A model generated the notes under the pieces. The model was not told the origin of the DNA. It saw nothing but the letters and a program-made list of their open reading frames with translations, and did no database searches. The translations under genes were made by a program, and so were the position numbers. From the IMG/VR virus record IMGVR_UViG_3300010373_000001, positions 1-64,000 of that record: 64,000 nt of DNA; one strand, given 5' to 3'. Position 1 is the first letter of the stretch. Every line of letters starts with the position of its first letter. Positions 1 through 8,561 of the stretch are shown piece after piece. This DNA comes from a virus.

Positions 1-87
1 AAGATTCCAGATCTCCTGATCTGGCATCTCTTCATTATCCTCGTTCTCACTCATGGGTATGTAGAGAACTGGAACTTCTTTACTCAT
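1..87 (-). CDS. hypothetical protein, 5' part only (runs off the left edge)
   Basis: AGGAGGG RBS then ATG at 87; reads MSKEVPVLYIPMSENEDNEEMPDQEIWNL, open to position 1. Confidence 0.65.
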   Translation of the reverse strand, partial: MSKEVPVLYIPMSENEDNEEMPDQEIWNL

Positions 88-105
88 CTTCTTCCCTCCT
101 AAGAT

Positions 106-142
106 GGATACAGCCCGGCTAGAATCTAGCCGGGCTGTATCC
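106..142. terminator. perfect inverted repeat, probable terminator or RNA stem
   Basis: GGATACAGCCCGGCTAGA-A-TCTAGCCGGGCTGTATCC, 18-nt arms, intergenic, no U tract. Confidence 0.6.
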
Positions 143-149
143 TATGTAA

Positions 150-551
150 TTACTCGTTTGCCGTCCACTCGTACTCTTCCTCTGGATCACCGCTAACAAC
201 ACGGTAATCATCAAGGCTTCCCAGATCTGGTTCCGGAACATAATCTTCCGCTGGCAGTTCTTCCCCGGTAGCAGTAAGACCAAACTCACGGCAAAGAAGC
301 TCAAACTCTTTGTTTGCCTTTACTGCGTCAGCGTCCAGTGCAAGAACCTCTTCATCTGAAGGGTCGGGCTGAACGTCAAGCGGAACTGGAAAAGAAATAA
401 TTTCTGCACTCATCGCCGGTTCCTCCATGTCATCGAGATATTCCTGAATAGCACCTTGCTTGCCTGCTCTTCTGGTTCCCGTTGGATTATGCTTTCCAGC
501 GGCAGAGGATCTGCGCAGTTCCGCTAGGTATCTTCCTGTGTCCGTGCCCAT
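150..551 (-). CDS. acidic hypothetical protein
   Basis: 133 aa ORF colinear with neighbours; start uncertain. Confidence 0.6.
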   Translation of the reverse strand: MGTDTGRYLAELRRSSAAGKHNPTGTRRAGKQGAIQEYLDDMEEPAMSAEIISFPVPLDVQPDPSDEEVLALDADAVKANKEFELLCREFGLTATGEELPAEDYVPEPDLGSLDDYRVVSGDPEEEYEWTANE

Positions 552-799
552 GACGGTGAGTCTAGCACAGCCGGGCCACCGATGTCAACAGAAACATTTC
601 CAGCGTGAGCGATTACCTCAGGCTCTTCCACAACTATTTCTCCCTCGCCATAGCAAGTTTCGCAGTCATAGATTTCGTCCCGGTCAAGTCCGGTTCCTTT
701 GCAATCTGGGCATTCAGTAGTTTCCGCGTCGTTCCATGCTGTGTATGCCTCTGAGTAGTTGCTAAGTACAGAACTTACAGCAGATGTGTTAACCGACAA
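524..799 (-). CDS. DnaJ-type zinc-finger small protein
   Basis: two CxxCxGxG motifs: CPDCKGTG and CETCYGEG. Confidence 0.7.
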   Translation of the reverse strand: MSVNTSAVSSVLSNYSEAYTAWNDAETTECPDCKGTGLDRDEIYDCETCYGEGEIVVEEPEVIAHAGNVSVDIGGPAVLDSPSWARTQEDT

Positions 800-2282
800 T
801 TTCTGCCTCTATTATTTCTCCTAGATCAGAGTCTTTAATAAGATCATCTGCTGTGAGTGGCTTCTCAAGTATCGCTAATTTCTCTCCTGCGCCACTGCCA
901 AACATACGTGAGAAGTAGCCAGGAGCACCATCTGTGCCTGTAGCTTCTATCTTCAGCGAGAATCCTTCACGCTCAGATTCAGCCTTTGACTTGAGCATTC
1001 TCTGAAGCCTGTCCATCTCTGAAGATAGGTTAGGATCGGCGTAACCGCCCTCTATATCCTCTGCTAGCTTCATAAATAGCACTCTCTGGGCCTGCATTTC
1101 AACAAGAGCGGCCTGTAGTGCCCTAAGCTGGTCAGTTGTGCGAACTTCAATAGGAATGTTGTAAGCACAGTTAGCACCGGGCTCAAACGCCACGCATTTT
1201 GATCTGAGGAAACATGTGTTGCATGCTCTCATTGACTCAGAGCGAGTTATGGTGAAGGTTTCAGTTCTCTCTGATTCCTCACCATCAGGATCAGTGTCCT
1301 TAGTGGTTCTGCTAGCGATTCCGATGGTTGGAATCAGTACAGTTTCCCTCTTTTTTGTGAATGCGGGAGTTCTCTCCGTGCCGCTTTCTGAGCCTAGGGT
1401 ATCAACTTCCTTACCCACGTTTTCCGGGATAGACCCTGTTCTGTTCCCCCCACTGCTAGTAACTCTTGATTCGTTAATGTAGTCAACGAACTGATTCCAA
1501 GACCAGATTGACAGTCTCAGAAGCTCAGAAGAGTCATCGTTCTCAATAGCCTCAGCATCAAAGCCAAGATCATTGAGCAGTGTTCTGTGCTGCTTTCTCT
1601 TGCTCTTGTAGTCCTTAGGGAATCTGTGCAGTTCCTTGTCACGCTCAATCCAGAGGATTGTGTCACCGTACATAGATGGTGATAGCCAAGAAGTAGAAGA
1701 TACTGAGTACCAGTAAGGTTCCTTCATTGATTCCTTGCCGGTAATTGCTGCACCGTGGAATCTCACGCTGTACTGACTGATCATAGAGCTAAGCACAGGA
1801 GCCAGATCAGCTTCAGTTGTATCGTGCTGCCTGATACCTACAATGTCGTAGTTGGAGGCCAGTCTTTCCAGTTCATCTCTACCGTACTCGCTGTGCCAGA
1901 CCGGCATAAACTTGTCTGCGGGGAGTGTGTTGTAAAAGTCGTCACGCATGGCCTGAATGTAATCGTAGCCAAGAATCTGTGCATCGAATTCAGACACCAT
2001 ATCGGCAGCCTCAATGTTCTGCTGCACAAACGCCATGTAACGATCAGACAATTCCTTTGCCTCGTCTTGAGTGTAAGAAGCGTCGTCCCTGTTGAGGGTG
2101 AATGCTCCAGAGTCAAGAAAAACTGACTGGGTGCCGGAAAAGTTATCTCCAACTTTCCATTTATCAGCGCCTTTAAGCTTACGTTGTAGTCCAACGTATG
2201 AGAGTGCGACAGCCGGTACATTTTCCTTGGCAAGAAGATCCCTCCATCCTTTCACCTCTGCGCCCGCGAAATAAAGCTTAAT
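789..2282 (-). CDS. TGT/DpdA-like (guanine transglycosylase fold) protein fused to a C-terminal Cys4 Zn domain and helical tail; probable ATT start
   Basis: FLDSGAFT, PVWH, FHG and YSVSSTSW motifs; CNTC..C..C in the C-terminal part; frame extends 9 codons upstream of GTG 2255 to ATT 2282 (IKLYFAGAE). Confidence 0.65.
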   Translation of the reverse strand: MKLYFAGAEVKGWRDLLAKENVPAVALSYVGLQRKLKGADKWKVGDNFSGTQSVFLDSGAFTLNRDDASYTQDEAKELSDRYMAFVQQNIEAADMVSEFDAQILGYDYIQAMRDDFYNTLPADKFMPVWHSEYGRDELERLASNYDIVGIRQHDTTEADLAPVLSSMISQYSVRFHGAAITGKESMKEPYWYSVSSTSWLSPSMYGDTILWIERDKELHRFPKDYKSKRKQHRTLLNDLGFDAEAIENDDSSELLRLSIWSWNQFVDYINESRVTSSGGNRTGSIPENVGKEVDTLGSESGTERTPAFTKKRETVLIPTIGIASRTTKDTDPDGEESERTETFTITRSESMRACNTCFLRSKCVAFEPGANCAYNIPIEVRTTDQLRALQAALVEMQAQRVLFMKLAEDIEGGYADPNLSSEMDRLQRMLKSKAESEREGFSLKIEATGTDGAPGYFSRMFGSGAGEKLAILEKPLTADDLIKDSDLGEIIEAEIVG

Positions 2283-2791
2283 TAGTCGTCTCCAACTTCT
2301 TTATCTTTCTCCTTCAGCCTGGCATCTTCATGCCGTGCTATCTTCTGGAGAGTCACTGCCTCTACCAGATCATCCCATGATCTAGGTACGAATTCGAAAT
2401 CTGGTCGCCACGTAGGATCAGCATATGTTGCGTGGGTAAAGCAGCAAGTATTAAAACCGCTCTTGATAAGCTCAGCACATACGATAGGATCAGGGTCAAA
2501 CACAATATCTACAATGAATCCCCTGTTCCTGAGTTCAGTAACCTGTGTTACTCTTCTCGATGGTCCTAGTGGGGCATAGGAAACAGGGCTTTCTATAATC
2601 AGGTTGTGCTTGCTAAGATTCTCTACCTTGAGCCAGTGATCAAGAGTTTTCTCTTCCTGATCAGTGAGCAATGCTATTGCAGAGGTTGAGGCGAGGCCAT
2701 TGTACAGATTAATCCCAGCCTGTATTGGCCCCGACCCGACTCTCTGCTGCATGATACCTTCAACGGTAATTGCCATGCAGATATTTGCCAT
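2282..2791 (-). CDS. hypothetical protein, possibly a degenerate HAD-like fold
   Basis: 169 aa, tightly packed; alpha/beta pattern but no DxD motif. Confidence 0.55.
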   Translation of the reverse strand: MANICMAITVEGIMQQRVGSGPIQAGINLYNGLASTSAIALLTDQEEKTLDHWLKVENLSKHNLIIESPVSYAPLGPSRRVTQVTELRNRGFIVDIVFDPDPIVCAELIKSGFNTCCFTHATYADPTWRPDFEFVPRSWDDLVEAVTLQKIARHEDARLKEKDKEVGDD

Positions 2792-2792
2792 G

Positions 2793-3161
2793 TTACGTCA
2801 GTTTAAGTCCCTTTAGTGCTTGCTGGCTAAGCTGAGCGTCACGCATTTCAGCCGCCATCTGCATCTGCCTGTTTACCACGAACTGTGCTGCCATTGCCGC
2901 TGACTCCTGATTACGGATGTCTTTCATGACGATTCCGCATGAAGAGTAAACCTCATTGATACTCGGCTGTCTCGCAGAAATAATCGGCGTAGACAGATTA
3001 GGAGTCATAATGACAGTCCCATCGTCCCTGATGAAGATAATGAAAGCTGTCGTAGCCTCAATATAATCTTCGCTAGTACCTGATTGTTCTTTTACTGCTG
3101 CTGTACCACCAGGGTTCTTCTCTTCCTGGTCCGCGCCTGGCCTGATTAGTTCTACTGCCAT
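2793..3161 (-). CDS. hypothetical protein
   Basis: AGGAAAG RBS before ATG 3161; 122 aa. Confidence 0.65.
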   Translation of the reverse strand: MAVELIRPGADQEEKNPGGTAAVKEQSGTSEDYIEATTAFIIFIRDDGTVIMTPNLSTPIISARQPSINEVYSSCGIVMKDIRNQESAAMAAQFVVNRQMQMAAEMRDAQLSQQALKGLKLT

Positions 3162-3375
3162 CTTTCCTGTCCTTTAAAAACTTTGTTCCATCTAGATTCT
3201 GAAGATCTGTTTGATCGATCTTCTCACTTTGCTCAATTAAAGCTGCATTGGCCTTAATATCGTTAACGTAGGCGATAATCCTGTTTCTGATATCGCTCTT
3301 GATAAACGGCAGAGACTTGTGCCCGCCGTCAATAAAGTCAGCTACCAGCCTTAATGTGTCAGTAAATTCACTCAT
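3073..3375 (-). CDS. hypothetical protein
   Basis: ATGA overlap with the upstream stop; 3' end overlaps the next gene by 89 nt. Confidence 0.55.
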   Translation of the reverse strand: MSEFTDTLRLVADFIDGGHKSLPFIKSDIRNRIIAYVNDIKANAALIEQSEKIDQTDLQNLDGTKFLKDRKDGSRTNQARRGPGREEPWWYSSSKRTIRY

Positions 3376-3590
3376 AGATTCTCGATAATGCTCTTAGCTG
3401 CCCACATGGCAGCTTCCTCAGCCCTGGTTATCGCAAGGTTTGTTTCCCTGCACTCAGGGAAAGCTGATTTCAGCAGCATAATGAACGCCGCTCCTGTGCT
3501 CTGTAACTGAGCAGCCAGTGACATTCCTCTATCGCTAAGATTTCCCGTAATTATCTGCTGAGCTACTTCTACTCTTGTGTTTTCATCCAT
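3372..3590 (-). CDS. Acb2/Tad1-like nucleotide-signal sponge (anti-defence), 72 aa
   Basis: TAATG-coupled ATG at 3590; C-terminal FPECRETNLAITRAEEAAMWAAKSI matches the RExSLAxTKLEEAxMWA helix signature. Confidence 0.6.
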   Translation of the reverse strand: MDENTRVEVAQQIITGNLSDRGMSLAAQLQSTGAAFIMLLKSAFPECRETNLAITRAEEAAMWAAKSIIENL

Positions 3591-4111
3591 TAATCTTCTC
3601 CTGGCTGCTTGTCGTACATGTGAGCAGCTTTTCTCTTCTTCTGCATTACGATGCTGTGTACCGGGCAGAACTGGCAAAGGAAAGTACTCGGCCTCTCGCT
3701 CTTACTGGTACTCATACCTTCTGCTTTACGATCACCCTTAGTGTCAGGGTATAGACGCATCTTATCTGTCATGTAATCGCCGCAGTCAGATGTCTTACTG
3801 TGCCTCTTCCAGCACTGCATAGCGTCTAGCTGGTAGTTATCCTTGACATCATAGAATGTCTGACCAAACCCTGTTCCCTCGCCGGGCGGTCTTGTGTGCT
3901 GGGCTACTTCATTAAGAATGCCCTCACGGTAAGTTTTCTTGTCCCAGTCAGCTTTCTTGACTGTGGCCAGATTACCGATATGGTTCTCATGACCAGCTAA
4001 CCTGTGATTCAGGGTGTCATCAAACTCTGGCGGTCCCTCATACATAGGCAGTTCAAATACTGCCCCATCAGTGTGACAGATCAGAATCCTGATCTTCTCT
4101 TCTGTACTCAT
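3590..4111 (-). CDS. Cys/His-containing hypothetical protein
   Basis: 173 aa; CHTD, CWKRH, CGDY, CQFCP. Confidence 0.65.
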   Translation of the reverse strand: MSTEEKIRILICHTDGAVFELPMYEGPPEFDDTLNHRLAGHENHIGNLATVKKADWDKKTYREGILNEVAQHTRPPGEGTGFGQTFYDVKDNYQLDAMQCWKRHSKTSDCGDYMTDKMRLYPDTKGDRKAEGMSTSKSERPSTFLCQFCPVHSIVMQKKRKAAHMYDKQPGED

Positions 4112-4341
4112 ATTTTTGTATTAGCCTGATTTTTTGCGTAAGCCAGATCGTGATCCACGCCAAAATGTGACTTTCCTGGTTCAAGGGTTACGTCATACCA
4201 TGCGTCTCTTGCCTTGACTGCTGCATTGTAAGCGTTCAGGCAATCACGAACGTACTCAGCCAGAAGAAAGTCTGGTGTATTCGATTCGTTCTCAATTGAG
4301 TACCTGTTCATCAGGGCCTCAAGTTCTTCCATGAAACTCAA
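4108..4341 (-). CDS. small helical phage protein (ENESNTPDFLLA type)
   Basis: GGAG 6 nt before TTG 4341 fits better than the track start at 4353. Confidence 0.65.
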   Translation of the reverse strand: MSFMEELEALMNRYSIENESNTPDFLLAEYVRDCLNAYNAAVKARDAWYDVTLEPGKSHFGVDHDLAYAKNQANTKI

Positions 4342-4352
4342 ATTATGCTCCA

Positions 4353-4388
4353 AATGAGGATGGCCCAGACAAAGCTGGGCCTCTCATT
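4353..4388 (-). terminator. stem-loop after the holin gene
   Basis: AATGAG..GGCCCAG-ACAAAG-CTGGGCC..CTCATT inverted repeat. Confidence 0.5.
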
Positions 4389-4397
4389 AATCAATTG

Positions 4398-4658
4398 TCA
4401 GGCGCTAGGGATCTCATTAACCAGCTTCTTGACATACGCGATGATTTCCTCGATACGAGGCTCATACGGAGCAAGATAGCTGCCAAAGAAATGACCTAGC
4501 AGACCTAGCAGAGCGGGAAGCGCTGCTACTACGGCAGGGTCAAGGCTCTTGTGGAAAATCGTGGTAAATACCGCTGTAATAGCAGCTACGATTGTTCCTA
4601 CAGTAAGTCCCTGGGCCACCTTGCGGTCTGGTGTTCTCTTTGCTGTTACGGTTGCCAA
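4398..4658 (-). CDS. putative holin
   Basis: 86 aa, two hydrophobic segments, basic N-terminus, near the endolysin; AAGGA RBS before TTG. Confidence 0.6.
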   Translation of the reverse strand: MATVTAKRTPDRKVAQGLTVGTIVAAITAVFTTIFHKSLDPAVVAALPALLGLLGHFFGSYLAPYEPRIEEIIAYVKKLVNEIPSA

Positions 4659-4687
4659 TTTAGTTCCTTTATTGTTTATCTCTGATA

Positions 4688-5092
4688 TCAGAAGGTTGTA
4701 CCCCAGATATCCTTCATTTCCCCGGCAAGCTTCTCCTCGATCTGCTTGACCCAGGTATGTGCTTCCTCTACCTTTTGCTTGAGGACGATAATCTCATGAT
4801 CAACAGCGTCATCAACCTTAGATGACATGTTAGCTGCCCTCTGACGGGCTACCACAAGTAGCCTCTTAGCTGCATCTTCTGCAATGATAGCATCGTCGTG
4901 CAGCTTGCGCAAGTCTTCTACGGAAAGATTCTCAAGTTTCTTGGCCTCTGGACTGTGGACTACCTTAGCCACTTCTTCCTCAGCCGCATGAGCTACTTTC
5001 TCAACTTCGTCAACAACTTCCTTTTCGACAGCTTCAACCTCAGTTACGATCTTTGAGTGAGCTTTAGGTGCTGCTGGTTTCCTTGGTGCCAT
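4688..5092 (-). CDS. coiled-coil hypothetical protein
   Basis: TAATG-coupled start MAPRKPAAPK; E/K/V-rich helices. Confidence 0.65.
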   Translation of the reverse strand: MAPRKPAAPKAHSKIVTEVEAVEKEVVDEVEKVAHAAEEEVAKVVHSPEAKKLENLSVEDLRKLHDDAIIAEDAAKRLLVVARQRAANMSSKVDDAVDHEIIVLKQKVEEAHTWVKQIEEKLAGEMKDIWGTTF

Positions 5093-5334
5093 TAGTGGTC
5101 CCTGCATTCTGGTCGTACTGATAGATAGTTAGGTGTGCTTACGATTCTTGTGTCTGCCAGAACCTTTGGCTGTACTTCATTGAATCCATGCCATACGCCA
5201 GCCATCTGCCTTCTTGCTGGTGCTGAGCATGGCTCAGGGAAACCGCCCCTGTTAGGTGCGTATTTCTTGAAAGTGCCGTCTGTCATTCCTTCAAACAGAT
5301 CAGCGCTGTAGCTTCTGTATGGTGCGTATGCCAT
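5092..5334 (-). CDS. hypothetical protein
   Basis: AAGGA RBS before ATG 5334 (MAYAPYRS), preferred over the track start at 5460. Confidence 0.65.
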   Translation of the reverse strand: MAYAPYRSYSADLFEGMTDGTFKKYAPNRGGFPEPCSAPARRQMAGVWHGFNEVQPKVLADTRIVSTPNYLSVRPECRDH

Positions 5335-5344
5335 AGCTATTTCC

Positions 5345-5686
5345 TTACCACATTGGTATTGTCGGGATAGAAGTTCCATCCCTTCCGGAAACTTTCCCGG
5401 AGAAATCTGTTGTGTGTGCGTCACCGATATGTGACTGCGGCTGCTGTCCGTACAGAACATCTTCTATAGTCAGCGGCTCTGATTCGTAACCTGTTCTTGG
5501 AGGATCAGCGGGGAGATTCATGTTACGTGCAATCTCCCTGTTGGTAGTCATCGGGTTTGCAGTAATAAGAGCCTGAGCACAGGTTACCTGCTCATATGTC
5601 CCGCCGTAAAAGGTGCGAGCATACTCAACACGATCATTCTGCCAAGAATGAGTAGTGTCATACGTTGTCTCAGGCTGTACTCTCAT
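5345..5686 (-). CDS. hypothetical protein
   Basis: 113 aa; ATGA overlap with the upstream gene. Confidence 0.65.
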   Translation of the reverse strand: MRVQPETTYDTTHSWQNDRVEYARTFYGGTYEQVTCAQALITANPMTTNREIARNMNLPADPPRTGYESEPLTIEDVLYGQQPQSHIGDAHTTDFSGKVSGRDGTSIPTIPMW

Positions 5687-6060
5687 GCTACAGTTCTTCC
5701 GTTGTCTCCCTGGAAGCCTACCAGAGAATGCATTCTCTCAGTCATACCCTCAGTGTGATGATGATAGTATCCATGCTGTCTTTGTGCCGCTCTTGGGGTA
5801 GCGTTACCAGGCTTGCCTGTTCCGCCCTCACCAGAACCATCTGCTTTGGTAGGTGCTTTAGCAGCAGTTACTTTCCCGGCTACTGGTGGCTTAGGTGCCT
5901 TTGCCTGTACTGGCGCTGGTGGCTCTATGCCCTTTGCATGCTTAGGCTGATATGGTGGCTTCTTGTTCTGCCCGATAGCTGAATGAATATCCTTACCAGC
6001 GCTGTATCCGTTGGCGTGCTTGCCAGGATCAATCTTCGGGAATTGCGGTCCTAGTTCCAT
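5683..6060 (-). CDS. basic Pro/Lys-rich protein with N-terminal LGPQF motif
   Basis: begins MELGPQFPK; low-complexity basic body. Confidence 0.65.
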   Translation of the reverse strand: MELGPQFPKIDPGKHANGYSAGKDIHSAIGQNKKPPYQPKHAKGIEPPAPVQAKAPKPPVAGKVTAAKAPTKADGSGEGGTGKPGNATPRAAQRQHGYYHHHTEGMTERMHSLVGFQGDNGRTVA

Positions 6061-6063
6061 GAC

Positions 6064-6855
6064 TCACTTCTTGTAATGAAGCACGACACCCTTAGGTACT
6101 GGTGCGCTCCAGGGTAGTTTGCCGCTGAAAATGCTGTTGATATATGCTGCCTGATGTGCGCTGAACTCATGTGCCTTGTTAGAGTGCTCGCAAGTCAGTC
6201 TAAGTATAGTCGATGGAGCCGTGTCAAGTTCGTGAGCAATTTGCTCCAGGCTCAGATTGCCTAGTGACTTGTACTGCATAAGCTGTGGCTTCTGATGAAG
6301 ATTAGCTAGCAGCTTCCACACTTCTCTTGTGCCGTTGAAAACATCCTTGTCAACGCCCTTCCAGTCATACTGCTGCATCGTCCATATCCTGAACGGATGC
6401 ACGTCGGGAGGGTTACCCTCAGGCCCACCAGGATTAGCAATCCAGAAAGGACGGTCGTAAAGACCTCCTACAATGCCGCGATGAAGGAAATCATAGTTAC
6501 AGTAGATGAATACGTTCTTCTCTGTCAGCCTTGCAACCTCGTTAACAAATTTCCTTACGAGCGAACTTGTCAGCCCTTCGTGCTCCACATCAGCACACAG
6601 AATATCGTCTGCCTCTAATCCGTGCAACTTAACTTTGTTCACGAATACATGTGCCTGGGCGATGGGATCAGAAGTGTTAAGAAAATGATACGCACCGCGC
6701 AGCATCTTATCTTCCTTCATCATCGACCAGAAGGTAGAGAAATCTCCGTCTACGAAACCCGTACCTTCAGAAGCCTTAGCGATTGCGAAATCTACGTTAA
6801 GGCCCTTTAGGCTAATTAGCCCATTGTTATTACTTACATCTACACCTTTAAGCAC
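6064..6855 (-). CDS. endolysin, GH25 muramidase with a possible LysM-like C-terminal domain
   Basis: GVDVS, IAKASEG, RGAYHF, DVE catalytic DxE, QQY, GVDKDVF; AAGGA RBS before GTG 6855. Confidence 0.9.
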   Translation of the reverse strand: MLKGVDVSNNNGLISLKGLNVDFAIAKASEGTGFVDGDFSTFWSMMKEDKMLRGAYHFLNTSDPIAQAHVFVNKVKLHGLEADDILCADVEHEGLTSSLVRKFVNEVARLTEKNVFIYCNYDFLHRGIVGGLYDRPFWIANPGGPEGNPPDVHPFRIWTMQQYDWKGVDKDVFNGTREVWKLLANLHQKPQLMQYKSLGNLSLEQIAHELDTAPSTILRLTCEHSNKAHEFSAHQAAYINSIFSGKLPWSAPVPKGVVLHYKK

Positions 6856-7138
6856 TTGCTGGTCCTTTCCAATGCTCGTTGTTTGATCTTCCCAGATTAC
6901 ATGATCTGCACGCTGGCTGAACGTTATGCCTAGCATAAGGTCCACCAGGCTTAATCCTGTCTGCTTCTACTGTATCAAAAGTTAACGGCTTTGAGCAATG
7001 GGTACACTGCACCTGATGACCCTCAGTTCCCGGAGTTCTCTTAAACTGCGGGCTTGAAAGCATCCAGTTTTTTCTTGCTCTTCTGGCAGCAGCAGATCCT
7101 CTGGGATCAGTTCTGCCCGGAGATCCACCGGCTCTCAT
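6848..7138 (-). CDS. HNH-fold zinc protein (catalytic His apparently replaced)
   Basis: CTHC...EADRIKPGG..HNVQPACRSCN; contains LSSPQF. Confidence 0.75.
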   Translation of the reverse strand: MRAGGSPGRTDPRGSAAARRARKNWMLSSPQFKRTPGTEGHQVQCTHCSKPLTFDTVEADRIKPGGPYARHNVQPACRSCNLGRSNNEHWKGPASA

Positions 7139-7477
7139 TTACTTTACCGTTGACATTGGCCCGCCTTTAGCGTGCCTTCCCATCGCTGTGTCACCTGTTC
7201 TGGCTACTGCTGAAACGTCCTTAGCATGATTATAAGATCCTGCATGGCGTCCCTTTGATGGCCCGCCTACCAGAGTGGTTGAACCTGAGCTATTACCGAA
7301 CTGACTTCCTAGCGCATGTGAAGCATGCTCTCCTGAGCTAGAGCCAAACATAGCTCTGGCCTTCTCTGCCGCTCTTGCTGAAGCTTTGCCGATAGATGAC
7401 TTCTCAAGCGTGCCGCTTCTTATTTTACGTGCTAGGGACTTCTGCTGCCTCCTGCGCTGTAGTGCATTCTGGGCCAT
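7139..7477 (-). CDS. basic low-complexity protein with internal LGSQFG
   Basis: 112 aa, R/K/S/G-rich; AAGGA RBS. Confidence 0.65.
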   Translation of the reverse strand: MAQNALQRRRQQKSLARKIRSGTLEKSSIGKASARAAEKARAMFGSSSGEHASHALGSQFGNSSGSTTLVGGPSKGRHAGSYNHAKDVSAVARTGDTAMGRHAKGGPMSTVK

Positions 7478-7486
7478 GTTTAATCC

Positions 7487-8041
7487 TTACATTGCATAGC
7501 GTGGAAGCATTTTCTGCATTCTCGCTACTCTAGTTGGGTCTTGTATTACAACTGGGTTCTTAGCGACAGAAACACCATACTGTTTAGCTAGCTGTATCTG
7601 CTCGGGCGGCGTCAAACCTGGCTTGCCCAGATGTGAAAGTTTTTCTACGGGATTTCCCGTTGGCTTGTATCTTACTACGTTCATGGTGTTCTCTTCCTGA
7701 ACGTAGCTAGCTTCAGCGCGAATTCTTCTCATAGGATCATATCCTGACGGCCAGAAGTAGTCCTGGTTATCAATCTTAGATCCTTTGTGAACTCCGCGCT
7801 GGTAAGAGCGCTCAGTAAGCTTTTCCTGAACTCTCTCAAGTAGTCTATCCTCGCGGCGGTCAGTAATTGTGCCAAGATAACCATCAGGGTACTCTGCGCC
7901 AGGAATCTTATTCTTAGCAGCGCGGGCAGCGTCCAGCGGTGAACGGTAGTTAATTACCGCAGCGTTACCGCCACCACCTACTGTAGCACCGCCTGGAAAC
8001 GTAGGACCGGGCTGTGTGTCTACCCACCAATTACTAGGCAT
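7487..8041 (-). CDS. hypothetical protein, probably virion-associated
   Basis: 184 aa; AEYPDGYLGTI..RREDRLL..SYQRGVHKG; TAATG coupling. Confidence 0.65.
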   Translation of the reverse strand: MPSNWWVDTQPGPTFPGGATVGGGGNAAVINYRSPLDAARAAKNKIPGAEYPDGYLGTITDRREDRLLERVQEKLTERSYQRGVHKGSKIDNQDYFWPSGYDPMRRIRAEASYVQEENTMNVVRYKPTGNPVEKLSHLGKPGLTPPEQIQLAKQYGVSVAKNPVVIQDPTRVARMQKMLPRYAM

Positions 8042-8316
8042 TAGTTCCTCGCAGCGTATGCTCTCTGCATAGTAGCGTCTTTAGGAGTACGAACTTTTTC
8101 CTTGATAGTCGTAGGGCTGGTCTTGCGTGTCTTTACCATAGCCCTGCTGTGCGTGTTGGAATTATCCAGTTCGCGTTTTCTGTCGGCCTTGCTATTGCTT
8201 TCGTACTGCTCTTTCATGAAATGAAGTTCGCGTTTGGCATGGCTCGTAGCAGAACTAACTAGAGCTTGTGTGCCCTGCGCACCGAACTGAAGCGTGCTGA
8301 TATTCCTGTTGCCCAT
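8041..8316 (-). CDS. basic protein with N-terminal ISTLQFG motif
   Basis: begins MGNRNISTLQFG; TAATG coupling. Confidence 0.65.
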   Translation of the reverse strand: MGNRNISTLQFGAQGTQALVSSATSHAKRELHFMKEQYESNSKADRKRELDNSNTHSRAMVKTRKTSPTTIKEKVRTPKDATMQRAYAARN

Positions 8317-8558
8317 TAGTTCGATGTCCGGTTTCTGTCTGTCGTTCTGGGACTGATCTTTTCCGAGATCCTACCGACATTGTGACTAACATGCTGGGCT
8401 CTCACGTTATCCCACATAGTATTCTTATGAGCAGTTGCGGCACCGTGAAACTCTTCAGATCTAGATGCTTTTCTGTACTCAGCAGAATGAGCCCCCACCA
8501 TACCACGAGCATTTGCTCTCCGCAGCATTTCCTGTGGGCTAGTGGTCATGAGTGCCAT
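8316..8558 (-). CDS. small basic protein
   Basis: 80 aa, Arg-rich, colinear. Confidence 0.6.
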   Translation of the reverse strand: MALMTTSPQEMLRRANARGMVGAHSAEYRKASRSEEFHGAATAHKNTMWDNVRAQHVSHNVGRISEKISPRTTDRNRTSN

Positions 8559-8561
8559 TGG

